Virus record (IMG/VR): IMGVR_UViG_3300032214_000203
Coordinates: 1 to 54,539 of that record
Length of the DNA: 54,539 nt
Origin: a virus
Taxonomy: Duplodnaviria; Caudoviricetes
Direction: 5' to 3' (one strand)
The translations under genes and the position numbers were made by a program. Shown here one piece after another: positions 19,701 through 26,794 of this stretch; within the stretch, counting starts at the first letter, position 1, and each line of letters begins with the position of its first letter. Under the pieces are notes generated by a model that saw only the letters and a list, made by a program, of their open reading frames with translations, was not told the origin of the DNA and searched no databases.

Positions 19701-20126
19701 CGCTTCGTGCAGCGCACGGCAGAACTTCCTGTCCGCGTTTACGAAGAGGGTCTGAATGACGAACTCTACCGAGAGGTGCCGTTCGTTCGTAAGATCATTG
19801 GCAGCGTATCGACTCGCGAAGACTACGGTCGCTACATCGAAAAGCGCAATGCGATCTTGCTGGCAGGGGATGAAATCAAAGAGGCCATCGACAATCAGGA
19901 TCGTGAGCGCGCGCTTGCTGCTCGTGAAGAGTTTGCCGAAGAGCTTCGCTATCTTCCCCGCGTTCGTGCAATCGACAACGCGATCCGTCAGGTGAACCAG
20001 CAAATGAACAAGCTGCGCGACAACCGCAACATGCCCGATGAGCAAAAGCAGGCTATCATGGATCGTCTCGATGAGCGCAAGCAGGCGCTGATCTTGCGTG
20101 GCAATCAAATCCTGATGGACTACTGA
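10764..20126 (+). CDS. Giant polyvalent internal virion protein (metallopeptidase, RelA/SpoT-like, SAM-lyase-like, HhH-like, PBECR-like, LPD38-like domains)
   Basis: 3120-aa ORF. HEVVH..EEAFAE; VK...K..K..D..R..GW..VE..GH; GGW.D..YFLD..Q.AIFDL; GPK.....NL.G....TMD.W..QA..W; G.GLFHI...H; C-terminal EN..R......NF...G....N.FYLFYNA..QG..IPMPYG. Confidence 0.85.
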   Translation: MGIISVQSPTTGGSYSVRIAGDVPTAEEQQRIDAYLAQQDATFARTASQLFPSVAPAEAPEAPVEEDDGTAIGRGFQRGLQGIRSLTGTTIEEAGRALGLEGVQEFGRGMETAAEEEFRKLQEVRARTGLYDVEDLSSALTYGGETFGEQAPILAQTLAGTAAGAAIGSAVPIVGTGIGAVVGGAIASLPLLFGGNVQRQEEQVAAGELDEVSVQRALATAIPQAALEGIAGRILAFTPLRPGVGNVWARAGKGGAAGVVAEVPTEITQQLLERAQAGLPIDSDDAIKEYVEAGVAAGILGGPIGAAGGVVQRDVAPKELDDDYKELALEGDRRIKFAEETERQIAEDRAKALASAGIDPDAPLGIEGPQQRLALPAPETVDIAPETAIADEEFANLSFNKAQYERVLQQVKADITSGKKINIPAIQQRVKADMPDVTVPKVRDIMKELQARDFVVENPVAKKNKYVAKNALAPEVNTPDVSYRRQIDTAADFIKADQSKLERLRYDLQAAEAYGRDLNGNKVTPDQVNAEIARTEQGIAKSQQSIELANQRLKTLGRDTHVPRIEKVGLPPSMKAVPVAEATPDALRPRFEAQQSAIRGMKEQITSVNKQVSKLNENAKKRTLSSIELDRMQKLQQQQAELSTRLGEAQANLKTPEKIFQEAKGEQFREQERQREIERKLIAARARAAADQVKAQEDQGVSPISSAFNAKQANVLKSLQTRLNNLGLKDVKLEGAQRIEGAEGMFDPVTKVLSLGMGLYDPKMTDQQLFDATSEVMNHEVVHALRAMGLFKPNEMKTLERFAEKTKYVKRTKDGTQKRNYTYLDRANKLYPDLTPTQQKEEAFAEMFRDYTAGRLKLGGGPRAFFEKIKKFFKALIGANVDQGFTRVEDIFQGIRRGEIGARDRVAPAAPAAQPAAAAPMQSRIPATEEDIRPQQDIRMPINPNLPNDQVRAQIQRLTDQNRPLVKRLIKRIDERFGTKSGDNVKDLSKVTQKARRPSILAAKPWHDVSHIRDSYRFKTVVDDFRNVPAIFDELLADGVGLVKIDTNKLFAPKEWGWRIIAFDLRMPNGQLVEWYLPLKELEAEKKAKGHLIFEEWRNKTQEELSAQRDEYFASIRRSYEGYDQAFQAALDRMGVSRQEAEASWRSAESSLLDAARNARRSSGVGISSAASAETGLTAPSMVRTAVEPSAPYMMARPVPSSTSAKASAIVSTSDDYMPDAPAEERPLFSRLPRSSMVAGLRDFIKNNPDGFTIDSTTFDPAAGGFVVAPLKEAEIIVGESLPEEVLLGYIEDNKDIARAINRPVYLGGWFDSQSQQYFLDNTLIVPTAEEALYIAEAADQLAIFDLNNFEEIRTNAGIERLKQSGTYRGDAAVGYQRNLAEVGRRFAQARDQRRARIQEQLVGGLERPRQSRLVVPLTPEQRSASIIDYLNPNTGKPLFKKKPGSETLVSFANKLLELRGTRTYDIVNSEADRREIAQIMAAEAEAALLSSRDALGWYDSTLKLAKQILYPVYPEISPTRPDGTPNRMHDPAAEHAFDYATAVTSNGMAVVDNYQFASEQYDAWKASPDGKFPVVGKGDQGGSMLSAFEFWNALVDVGYDSNQISQLLTTQLPRSEVNNILKEVFGVRRLADLPVQADTKEEADTVVSVAYVIGPKIGNGFYQNLRGNFNPLTMDRWWMRFVNRITGNPLVIHTEESLGNTFNKLWNYVSNPDGLTNMERDILRRAQENLNMTKLERSDIALLSSEMDKVWNKEFFNKAYNDKLRDLQNEGMDFEIVKGSVRGPDAERVKRLAREARPEKPAMSKAATTLVKKLKPSLEEAPRNAPDRTAMRDAANRAREILRRDLGVELTNADFQALMWYAEKRIFDAGGVKRGRGEDNDYADGAIAIAKAKGISDAKIEAALPEAERGRVRGVESQLAGDQDAGGRVGELVREPEAGDFFAPRRLTLVPEDDTIEANMTPRERAEVRQALQGAEIDQEMPRQMYSRMPVAEAYMPTRAPVDNKAGPTPIYGSIMERGRLLPVVLPKGSHRVYESGIEVGNGLFHIQQRQHDRELVENSKYKRVENAIYDLMRRWQNQGYEDGESVVGYNSRDGIVLEWRNNLAFSSPPLLLVLERGSEVQGAPLRDAYYVKTFFPVLKKKDRAAPERKAQQQRLYSRLYSTTATLAPQVKAKTLKLDYARAADFLAKGLRVVVTPDKAQAAADTILRKFQDNMLPVGRMIQELQAKGLTITDAMDTYLKEELYHGVVGNELNRREEGIYKDALNAVKALNVNAGMLDGLQRASDAASGTGDGFVKQARQSAGSDKLALAEAYLYAKHAKERNAYIRTIDPKNDSGSGMQDAEADAILRWFSSLDASNAAAIANLNTAARGIVADTNRVRVDSGLIPDQFDQIVDEDGQVINRPEYDFFVPLRGIYDPEAAESDGTTSAAGGQLFGGRGRPDPRALGRYKYATDVLANLINQNQQSVSRGERNKVGQSFLELLRANPSMTKAYAEILTKTPKRRALRSGRVREITNFAAAQDPNIFVVKEDGKDVYVELFNPNLGAALKGDNGVGAGALGYIVRSMGMVNRYLSNINTSYNPEFFITNFLRDLQAAGVNIQQFDEQGLTTQIVKDVRKALAGIKRSIRNKDDSSEWSQIYRDFVNAGGQNVTNQMSTVADQMDNIRSLVGDISDKGARGRWNQVKNSFVGKGAGSLLSFIEDYNTVVENGIRVATYKTLLDRGFTRERAAQAARNVTVNFAKGGEYKSFLNAFYLFYNASLQGSFALLNAALRSRKVQGIWAGVIAAGFLQDQLNALLSDEDEDEDKQYDKIPDYILEHNFILPDPFGFTDRSYIAIPMPYGLNMAHNIGRATSRALRGEYDAGEATGSIVGNIVDTINPLGGSESFANFVAPTVVDPFIDIIENEDFADKPIFKEAFPGDRGPDSQRYWATTNPSAIWVAQNINSLTGGTSAIPGFIDASPDVLNFWLEFATGGVGRFVQRTAELPVRVYEEGLNDELYREVPFVRKIIGSVSTREDYGRYIEKRNAILLAGDEIKEAIDNQDRERALAAREEFAEELRYLPRVRAIDNAIRQVNQQMNKLRDNRNMPDEQKQAIMDRLDERKQALILRGNQILMDY
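14177..14392 (-). CDS. Nested antisense small protein, candidate antitoxin of the RelA/SpoT-like module
   Basis: 71 aa; GGAGGT 7 nt before ATG; not in codon register with the host gene; the host frame is Ser/Ala-rich linker here. Confidence 0.6.
   Translation of the reverse strand: MAEAFALVEDGTGRAIIYGADGSTAVRTMDGAVKPVSALAAEEIPTPDDLRAFRAASSNELSALLQEASAS
14830..14982 (+). CDS. Nested +1-frame small protein following the SAM-lyase-like module
   Basis: MQESNDSNKVELIGVTPQSDTKETLRRLVAALRKQGINVVPASKNSLLED*, 50 aa; GAGGAG at 14814-14819. Confidence 0.5.
   Translation: MQESNDSNKVELIGVTPQSDTKETLRRLVAALRKQGINVVPASKNSLLED
16456..16608 (+). CDS. Nested +1-frame small protein following the HhH-like module
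   Basis: MQKLKPHSPRQNEAESVVSNLNSQEIKMLAAGLANWFENQKRETSSPQED*, 50 aa; AAGGGA 7 nt before ATG. Confidence 0.45.
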   Translation: MQKLKPHSPRQNEAESVVSNLNSQEIKMLAAGLANWFENQKRETSSPQED

Positions 20127-20599
20127 GCCAGCTTAGGAAACCAGCGAACGTCAAAGATGTAACTGTCTTTGGCGTTTCCTTGTGTGTCGTCCACGCGCGT
20201 CTGGTATTTGTGCAAGTGAACTTTTCCAGATCGCACCATGCGTTCTAGACGGGTCATGTCTGCCCAGTGGGTGCCCTGATAGTCAGGGTACTGCACGTCC
20301 AGTATGATGATAATGTTGGGATACAACTGGTAATACCGACGCAGGTCTTTCCTGTTAATGGAGACCGCGTAGGTCGGTGGTATCCCGAACATTCTTTCGG
20401 AATAAATCCACGGCGTGGTCAGTGTCTTGAGATCGCATGGCATGTCGATGCGCATGTCGTAGGTGAAGATGTCCTGCTCTTTGGCAGGGTTCATCCTCAC
20501 CTGTACGTCATTGAACCTGCGCTCTGCGACAAACTTATCTTCAAGCTTGCGACCGCCTTGGCACCATAGGTACTTGTCGTTGAAGTCATCAAACATCAT
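20120..20599 (-). CDS. Hypothetical protein, possible PD-(D/E)XK fold
   Basis: Start moved to MMFDDF (overlaps AlpA stop); E...D......DLK pattern; converges on the giant gene. Confidence 0.55.
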   Translation of the reverse strand: MMFDDFNDKYLWCQGGRKLEDKFVAERRFNDVQVRMNPAKEQDIFTYDMRIDMPCDLKTLTTPWIYSERMFGIPPTYAVSINRKDLRRYYQLYPNIIIILDVQYPDYQGTHWADMTRLERMVRSGKVHLHKYQTRVDDTQGNAKDSYIFDVRWFPKLAQ

Positions 20600-20789
20600 T
20601 GACGGCATCACCGCCCTTGCCTTCGATCCACGCCACGATATCGCTGTATCTCCAGCGCGTGAGGCGGGGCCCAAGGTTTATGGCTTTGGGAAATGATGCA
20701 TCCTCTCTGATGATCTTGCGTAGGGTTTTTGTGTGGATCATCGTCATCTCAGAGAGCTTCTGGATGTCGATCAGTTTTGTTTCTTCCAT
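20589..20789 (-). CDS. AlpA/excisionase-like HTH DNA-binding protein
   Basis: FPKAINLGPRLTRWRYSDIVAWI is the AlpA-family signature. Confidence 0.8.
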   Translation of the reverse strand: MEETKLIDIQKLSEMTMIHTKTLRKIIREDASFPKAINLGPRLTRWRYSDIVAWIEGKGGDAVNDV

Positions 20790-21220
20790 ACTCTGAAGTC
20801 CTCTCTTAGCTCTTCAAACTTTCTGCGTGCCTCTGGGTTGTCACGAAACTCTGTTCGCGAAGCTATCCCACAATAATCTCGAACAGCCTTTATGGCCGCA
20901 GGTTCCATGTTGCGAGGATCGTAAGACCCCACAAGGCCAACACCAACGAGGTAGGCGGCGAACTCTGCATTGCGGCACAGCAAACCTGCTGATGCAATCA
21001 GCCGCTCCACACGCTGCTGTTCTTCTCGCGTCTCTGGCTCATCGTGGTCGTTCAGGCGAACCATAGCGACCATGTATCTAGTGCCCACCCAGTCGGTATG
21101 AAGTTCCGGCGGGCAGTCGTTGGGGTGTACATTCAGTCGCAGCACAATGCCGTTTCTGTCTTGCGACATGGACACCTTCACAGCCTCGAACCCAATGGCT
21201 GCATCTCTGAGGTTACTCAT
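20771..21220 (-). CDS. Hypothetical phage protein
   Basis: Start MSNLRD after GGGAG; coupled to neighbours. Confidence 0.65.
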   Translation of the reverse strand: MSNLRDAAIGFEAVKVSMSQDRNGIVLRLNVHPNDCPPELHTDWVGTRYMVAMVRLNDHDEPETREEQQRVERLIASAGLLCRNAEFAAYLVGVGLVGSYDPRNMEPAAIKAVRDYCGIASRTEFRDNPEARRKFEELREDFRVWKKQN

Positions 21221-21494
21221 TGTACTTCTCCCAGTTCTGTTTGGCCCATTCGATTGCGTCGATACCTTCCAAGTCCCACCACGTTTGTTCGTCTCCAAAA
21301 TGGTGCAGCTTCATATGGCAATCGTGGCACAGAGGCACGGCCCAGTTATCTCCCGTTTTGTAGCCTACACCACGCCGCTCCCCACGTTGCAGATGGTGCG
21401 CCTCTGCGCCACGCCTGCAGACCAAGCACGGGGCACCGCGCAAGGTCTTCAGGTAGTTCTCATCCCGAACTTTGTTTTGTTTCGGGATGAGCAT
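21213..21494 (-). CDS. Zn-binding HNH-like nuclease (DUF968/Ref-like)
   Basis: CLVC..AHH...G.G.K..D..AVPLC..CH..LH. Confidence 0.75.
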   Translation of the reverse strand: MLIPKQNKVRDENYLKTLRGAPCLVCRRGAEAHHLQRGERRGVGYKTGDNWAVPLCHDCHMKLHHFGDEQTWWDLEGIDAIEWAKQNWEKYNE

Positions 21495-21496
21495 TC

Positions 21497-21982
21497 TTAA
21501 AATGGACTCGGTGATGGCCCATTTTTAGTCATATGGAACCTTGTCTTGTTGCGTATCTTCATGAACTTTTTCTCTGCCAACTCGAACCAATCCGGTGCGT
21601 AGTTTGCAGACGTAGAACCGCCACGCATGACGCTGTCGAAGAGTTCAATGCGATCTGCTTTGTTCATGACGTTGTACTTCTTCGCGAAGTACGACGCCGT
21701 CAGGAACTTATCAAACCACTCCACATCGTCAGTCACAATGAAGTTCAACTCACCGAAACGAAGCGACGTAAAACTGCAAGAATGAAGGGCGACGTACTCC
21801 GCGATGTTCTCTGGCGGCTCGAAGCCCAACTCTTTGAGAGACCTAACTGCTTGCTTCGCGTCGTTGCACAGAACCAGATAGTCGTCGTCCGTGTCTGTCG
21901 GCGGTGGGTTGCATGTGCGCCTGCTACCGACAGGCACCATGACGTAGTCGCCGTCACTGAGTTGCTCGATGATCGATGTCAT
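21497..21982 (-). CDS. Putative Pol-beta-superfamily nucleotidyltransferase-like protein
   Basis: VGSR.......DTDDDYLVL (GS + DxD) near the N-terminus. Confidence 0.5.
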   Translation of the reverse strand: MTSIIEQLSDGDYVMVPVGSRRTCNPPPTDTDDDYLVLCNDAKQAVRSLKELGFEPPENIAEYVALHSCSFTSLRFGELNFIVTDDVEWFDKFLTASYFAKKYNVMNKADRIELFDSVMRGGSTSANYAPDWFELAEKKFMKIRNKTRFHMTKNGPSPSPF

Positions 21983-21989
21983 GCTTCAC

Positions 21990-22289
21990 CTAAAATGGGA
22001 TATCATCATTGAGGTCGTTGCTCGGCGGTGCCTGATACCTAGTGACGGCCTGCTGTGTGCGCTCGCGCATGACGCTAACCTTCACCGACAGGAAGGTCTT
22101 GCCGCTCTTGGATGTCTTGCGCCATCCCACAAGGTTTACCTTTGGGTGATCGCCTCCGCTCTGCATCTGTTGATACAGATCGCGGACGGTCTCCGCGTCG
22201 ATCTCCAAGTTGCCAGTGTAGTCGGGTTGCTTGTCGCTCTGCTTGCGGTCATTGGCAAACAGAACGCCGGATGCTGGGAATTGGCTCAT
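21990..22289 (-). CDS. ssDNA-binding protein-like
   Basis: KQPDYTG, GW.K.SK.GK.FLS, acidic tail NDDIPF; next to the annealing protein. Confidence 0.7.
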   Translation of the reverse strand: MSQFPASGVLFANDRKQSDKQPDYTGNLEIDAETVRDLYQQMQSGGDHPKVNLVGWRKTSKSGKTFLSVKVSVMRERTQQAVTRYQAPPSNDLNDDIPF

Positions 22290-23026
22290 GATGCTTCTCC
22301 TTGGAAATGAGCTTTGCGTGCTTTGAACGTCGCCAGCACCTGCTCATGCAGGGATGGGGACGCATTCTTTAGTTGGTTGAGAACGCCAACGTTCAACGAC
22401 CAGACCTTCTTCAGTTCCTCTTCGTCTTTGGTGAAGTGGTTAACGACCTCGCACATAACGTCCGCCACCATATCCCATCCCTTTGTCTTGCGCTCATCGC
22501 CCTCGACGCCCTTTACCGATGGCGTCTGAGGCTCAGGCTGCGGTGGAGCGGGTGCTGTGGCTGCGGGTGCCGTCACCATAGCGGCGGCAGACTTGGCCTT
22601 CTGCGGTGCCTCTGCGGGGCTCTGCGGTGCATCCTCGCTTTGGGGCAGGTCTTCGCCCGCGTAGATGTAATGCCCAAGGCCGTGGTAGCTGATCGCTTTG
22701 GCGAGTGCCCGCTGCATCGCAGTGTTGATGGCGAAGCTGTCTGGCTTCACGACCGCCTTGTTCTTGTAGTCAAGGACGGGGAAAAGTTCAGTCGCACTAA
22801 TTCCGTCCACCGTCACGGTGACCTGCACATAGGCAAAGCCATTGGCGTCGATGATGTACGGCATGCCGTTAGGCTGGATGTGCTTCTCGAAGGTCGCGTC
22901 AGGATAGTTATCCTTCAGCACGCCCCACGCCCACGCCCAAGACAGGTAGGTCAGGCCGTTCTTCTTCTCCGTGTGATCGTTGACGTTTATCTTGGAGAGA
23001 GTTTCCCATGCGGATTTTTTAGTCAT
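22286..23026 (-). CDS. Sak3-like single-strand annealing protein (DUF1071)
   Basis: L.KINVNDHTEKKNGLTYLSWAWAW...INTAMQR.L.KAI..HGLG.YIYAGEDLP. Confidence 0.85.
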   Translation of the reverse strand: MTKKSAWETLSKINVNDHTEKKNGLTYLSWAWAWGVLKDNYPDATFEKHIQPNGMPYIIDANGFAYVQVTVTVDGISATELFPVLDYKNKAVVKPDSFAINTAMQRALAKAISYHGLGHYIYAGEDLPQSEDAPQSPAEAPQKAKSAAAMVTAPAATAPAPPQPEPQTPSVKGVEGDERKTKGWDMVADVMCEVVNHFTKDEEELKKVWSLNVGVLNQLKNASPSLHEQVLATFKARKAHFQGEAS

Positions 23027-23921
23027 TGGTTTTCCACCCTTTGAATTGTTCGCAGAACTCAGCGACGGAACAGTAGTTGCCCTCGCATCGTGTCAGTTCG
23101 CCTCTGCGGAATTGGATTTCAAACTTGTCCTTTCCGCTCTGCTCTTCGACGTAGGCTTTGGCCTCGTCCATGCTGCCGCACAGCTTGGTCGCTCTCTTGG
23201 CACCCACCTTATGCACCGCCCACTGGCTGGGCTTTGCCCACTGCTCTTGCTCATTGCACATCGCCATGCGGTCGTAGAGATCGTACTCCGCCTGCGCCCC
23301 CTGATGCAGGGTGATGCGGTCGATGATGTAATCTTCCCGCTCCTTGGCGCTCCACAGCGGCAGATCAACGATCACCACCGGGGACTGAGGGTACTCGCTG
23401 TCGAACTCAGCCTTCTTGCGCTGCCAATCCCTCAAGACAGCGCAGATGCGAATGCCGCTGACCTTCTTCTGTCGGTTGGTGCCGTTGTTGGAGTTCTCCA
23501 CCAGCCAAGCGTAGCAGTTCTGTTGCTTGACCCACTCGTCCTTCCCAAGGATCACCGACCACGCGGATGTAACCTTGTAGTCCGTGATCTGAACGGTGCC
23601 GTCGGGAAGAACCTCTTGGTGGTCAAGTGCCCCAGACAAAGTCCAGCCCGCTGCCTCTGCGTAGAGACGCTCTTCCATCATGACGTGGCTGGGATCGTCG
23701 GCACTCTCAAGGACGTGATGCACAGCGGTGCCGAACAAAGCCCAGATCATATCTGATGCGTCGGTCTCAAGCTGATCCTTGTGCTTGTCGCGCATCAAGC
23801 GCACACGCGGCGAGTCGATGAGCGTGGTGACGCTGATGTCAGCCTTGCCCTTCGTGTACTTGTCGTTCCGCGCAAAGTTGTAAAAGGCGTCGGGCAGGTT
23901 GAACCTGTTCGTGATTTTCAT
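23019..23921 (-). CDS. PD-(D/E)XK exonuclease (Cas4-like)
   Basis: GTAVH..LE, LSGALD, TDYKVT, Q.N.Y, terminal C..YC....FC; start MKITN after GGAG. Confidence 0.8.
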   Translation of the reverse strand: MKITNRFNLPDAFYNFARNDKYTKGKADISVTTLIDSPRVRLMRDKHKDQLETDASDMIWALFGTAVHHVLESADDPSHVMMEERLYAEAAGWTLSGALDHQEVLPDGTVQITDYKVTSAWSVILGKDEWVKQQNCYAWLVENSNNGTNRQKKVSGIRICAVLRDWQRKKAEFDSEYPQSPVVIVDLPLWSAKEREDYIIDRITLHQGAQAEYDLYDRMAMCNEQEQWAKPSQWAVHKVGAKRATKLCGSMDEAKAYVEEQSGKDKFEIQFRRGELTRCEGNYCSVAEFCEQFKGWKTND

Positions 23922-23943
23922 TGATGTCTCCGCTTTTTTTTGT

Positions 23944-23973
23944 ACTCTAACCACACATAGAAATTGATGTCAA
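23944..23973 (-). promoter_or_regulatory. Sigma70-like promoter of the recombination operon
   Basis: TTGACA-N18-TAGAGT on the minus strand, about 20 nt upstream of the exonuclease start. Confidence 0.55.
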
Positions 23974-24386
23974 CAGGGGTATATATGGTGTACGAAGAGA
24001 TAACATTTACTATACTTGGTGAGCCAGCCTCTAAGGCCAACAGCCGAAAGGCCGTGATGTTTGGTAAGCGCCCTGCTTTTATCAAGTCGGACAAGGCGCG
24101 GGGGTATGTCAATGTGTTCGCAGCCCAGTGCCCCAAGCTTGCAGTGCCCTTCGAAGAAGATGTTCGCGTGGAGATGTTGATCTACTACGCATCCCGTCGC
24201 CCCGATCTGGACGAGAGCCTGATCCTCGACTGCATGCAGGGCCCGATCTACCTCAACGACAGGCAGGTCAAACAGAAGATGATCTACTGGGGTTTGGACA
24301 AGGCGAACCCACGCACAGTCATCAGGGTGAGTGCCGTCGAAAAAATTCCATCTCACCTATTACTAAAGCCGGAAGACGTTATGTAG
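23964..24386 (+). CDS. rusA: RusA-like Holliday junction resolvase
   Basis: GEPASKAN, RRPDLD...ILD......NDRQV, NPRT.I.V; true start may be 23985. Confidence 0.75.
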   Translation: MMSTGVYMVYEEITFTILGEPASKANSRKAVMFGKRPAFIKSDKARGYVNVFAAQCPKLAVPFEEDVRVEMLIYYASRRPDLDESLILDCMQGPIYLNDRQVKQKMIYWGLDKANPRTVIRVSAVEKIPSHLLLKPEDVM

Positions 24387-24430
24387 ATTATCTATAAGTC
24401 GGAAGACGTAGTAGGTATATATATATAACT
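24368..24430. repeat. Element A copy 1: two CGGAAGACGT boxes 30 bp apart plus AT-dinucleotide tract
   Basis: Boxes at 24370 and 24400; near-identical copy at 37929-37993. Confidence 0.85.
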
Positions 24431-24460
24431 CTAAGTATAAGGCGAGATCGAACGACCTCG

Positions 24461-24490
24461 TTGACGGGCACCCCCAGCATCTCTTAGGAT
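24461..24490 (+). promoter_or_regulatory. Putative promoter of the primase-helicase
   Basis: TTGACG-N18-TAGGAT, then GGAG and GTG 24518. Confidence 0.45.
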
Positions 24491-24517
24491 GGTTCGGTCA
24501 GAGTTGGAGACCGAGCC

Positions 24518-26299
24518 GTGCAAATCGAACAACAAGTTCGCGGCGAGGCATACAGATTAGGGTTAGGTCAGCACAAGATTAAGTGCCCTAGCTGTAGCCA
24601 CAGCCGTAAGAATAAAACCGATAGAACGCTCTCGCTCCGCATCGAACAAGACCGCATCCTGTATCAATGCTGGCACTGCCAGCAACAGGGCATTGTTCCG
24701 TTGCGTGAGGAGATGCCAGAGCCAAAGGTGATGCCTATGTCCGTCGCGAAGAATGTCGTTAAAGACCCACTGTCAGCCGAAGCCGTCGCATGGCTTAACG
24801 CCCGTGGCATATCGAGGGAGACCGCCGAGAAGGCTGGCGTATCTTCGACGCGCCATTGGGTGCAGGCACTTGGCAAGGAGACCGAGTGCATTCAGTTCTC
24901 CTACAAGAACAAGGGGCAAGAATACGCATACAAGATCAGGTCAATGGAGGGCAAAGGTTTCTCCTGCAATGGCGCACCGCAGACCTTCTTCAACATCGAG
25001 AGCGTGAAGCGCAACGATTGGATGATCATCTGCGAAGGCGAGATGGATGCGCTGGCATTCATGGAAGCCGGGTATGACAGCGTTGTTTCCGTCCCGAACG
25101 GCGCAGTGATGAAGGTTGTCGATGGGCAGATCGATCCCAAAGAAGACAACAAATTCAAGTTCTTATGGGAAGCGAAGAAGCAGATCGACAACGCCGCTCG
25201 CATTGTCATTGCCACTGATAGCGACGAGCCCGGTCAGGCGATGGCTGAGGAGATGGCCCGCCGCATTGGCAAGGATCGTTGCTGGAAGGTGGAGTTCCCT
25301 GCCGGGTGCAAGGATGCCAACGACGTGCTGATGTTGGCTGGCAAGGAAGGTGTCGATGGCATCGTTGTGAATTGCAAGCCGTGGCCTGTCGCTGGTCTTT
25401 ACGACGCCGAGCATTTCTATGAAGAGCTTGACGACATTTACGACAGGGGCATGGGGCGTGGCGAAAGCACAGGCTATGACAACGTGGATGAGTTCTACAG
25501 CGTGGTGACAGGGCAGCTTACAGTGGTCACCGGGCACCCGTCATCCGGCAAGTCAGAGTTCATTGACCAGATCATGGTCAACTTAGCGCAGTCAAAGGAT
25601 TGGAAGTTCGCCATCTGTTCTTTTGAAAACGAGCCGCGCCTGCATATTGCGAAGTTGATTAGCAAGTACCTACGCAGACCGTTCTTCGATGGGCCGAGTG
25701 GTCGAATGACCAAGGATGAATTGGATCGCGGCAAGGAATTTGTTCAGTCGCACTTTTCTTTTTTGTATCAGGCTGACGGCTCTCTCTCCTCAGTGGAGAG
25801 CATCATTGAGAGGCTGAAGGTTGCAGTTCTGCGGCACGGTGTGCGCGGCGCGATCATCGACCCCTACAACTACATCCAGAAGGGCCGCGATGTCAGTGAG
25901 ACGGATTGGGTGTCTGATGTCCTGACCAAGCTGCGCGTCTTTGCTCAGGCACACGGCATCCACCTGTGGTTCGTGGCACACCCGACGAAGATGATGCGCG
26001 ATCAAAGCGGCAAGGTGCCAGCACCGAAGGGGTACGACATCTCTGGCTCTGCGGCATGGTTTGCCAAGGCAGACATTGGCCTGACTGTTCACAGGCCCGA
26101 CCCCGCTAACTCCATCAGTTCAGAGATACACATCTGGAAGTGCCGCTTCTCATGGGTCGGCAAGCAGGGGCAGGCTGAGTTGGACTTCGATGTTCCGACC
26201 TCGACGTATAAGGGGCACGTCCCCGATCCGTTCTTGGATACAGCTATCGTGGTGCCCAGACCTTTGAGTTACAAAGATGACGACGACTTCCCATTCTAG
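24518..26299 (+). CDS. Bifunctional DNA primase-helicase (T7 gp4/Twinkle-like)
   Basis: CPSC..CWHC zinc finger, TOPRIM EGEMD and DSD.PG..KDAND, Walker A GHPSSGKS, IIDPYN, VAHP.K, DISGSA. Confidence 0.92.
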   Translation: MQIEQQVRGEAYRLGLGQHKIKCPSCSHSRKNKTDRTLSLRIEQDRILYQCWHCQQQGIVPLREEMPEPKVMPMSVAKNVVKDPLSAEAVAWLNARGISRETAEKAGVSSTRHWVQALGKETECIQFSYKNKGQEYAYKIRSMEGKGFSCNGAPQTFFNIESVKRNDWMIICEGEMDALAFMEAGYDSVVSVPNGAVMKVVDGQIDPKEDNKFKFLWEAKKQIDNAARIVIATDSDEPGQAMAEEMARRIGKDRCWKVEFPAGCKDANDVLMLAGKEGVDGIVVNCKPWPVAGLYDAEHFYEELDDIYDRGMGRGESTGYDNVDEFYSVVTGQLTVVTGHPSSGKSEFIDQIMVNLAQSKDWKFAICSFENEPRLHIAKLISKYLRRPFFDGPSGRMTKDELDRGKEFVQSHFSFLYQADGSLSSVESIIERLKVAVLRHGVRGAIIDPYNYIQKGRDVSETDWVSDVLTKLRVFAQAHGIHLWFVAHPTKMMRDQSGKVPAPKGYDISGSAAWFAKADIGLTVHRPDPANSISSEIHIWKCRFSWVGKQGQAELDFDVPTSTYKGHVPDPFLDTAIVVPRPLSYKDDDDFPF

Positions 26300-26447
26300 A
26301 ACGCTGATCACTGTCAGAACCCACGCAGATGGAGTTGTTCTGTTTGTGTGGGTTGATGGCAAAGAGGTGGCGCAGGTGGTGATGGATGCGCCACACTACC
26401 TTAACCACATCCATGAGATATGCAGCGCAGCAAGACTCAATTGTTGA
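26277..26447 (+). CDS. Small hypothetical protein (not in ORF track)
   Basis: MTTTSHSRTLITVRTHADGVVLFVWVDGKEVAQVVMDAPHYLNHIHEICSAARLNC*, overlapping the helicase end. Confidence 0.45.
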   Translation: MTTTSHSRTLITVRTHADGVVLFVWVDGKEVAQVVMDAPHYLNHIHEICSAARLNC

Positions 26448-26543
26448 CCGCAATAAATTGCGCTGCTACATGTTGTGCCAGACAGCCATTGGCACACAGT
26501 GCTTGGTGCGTCTCCGCTCTGACCGTTCGTAGAACACACCTAG

Positions 26544-26571
26544 TGGGTGGCTTTTTAGCCACCCATTTTTT
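26544..26571 (+). terminator. Intrinsic terminator between convergent units
   Basis: TGGGTGGCT-TTTT-AGCCACCCA followed by T6. Confidence 0.8.
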
Positions 26572-26773
26572 AATGGTGCGTTGAGTTCGCGGCCTCTGCT
26601 TCTGCCCTACTCATCTCATTGAGAATAAGCCCAACTGATGTTGCGATAATTGGCCAGTCTTCTCTAAAAGAGTACACCTCCACCGTTCCGACAAACAGTT
26701 TTATGATGTCAGCCGCCCACATTTTTTGGGGGAGTGAGGCTATGATCTTTTCGATTTCGTCTTGGTCGTTCAT
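26570..26773 (-). CDS. Hypothetical protein
   Basis: 67 aa; AAGGTG RBS. Confidence 0.6.
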   Translation of the reverse strand: MNDQDEIEKIIASLPQKMWAADIIKLFVGTVEVYSFREDWPIIATSVGLILNEMSRAEAEAANSTHH

Positions 26774-26794
26774 GGCAAGATCACCTTTCCTGTT

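Noticed and set aside
16290-20108. Long antisense ORFs 16290-17435 and 19011-20108 in the giant gene
   Set aside because: Both are in exact codon register with conserved sense domains, unlike 14177-14392.
24492-24506. Alphaproteobacterial LexA box-like GTTC-N7-GTTG
   Set aside because: Mismatched single instance; insufficient support.
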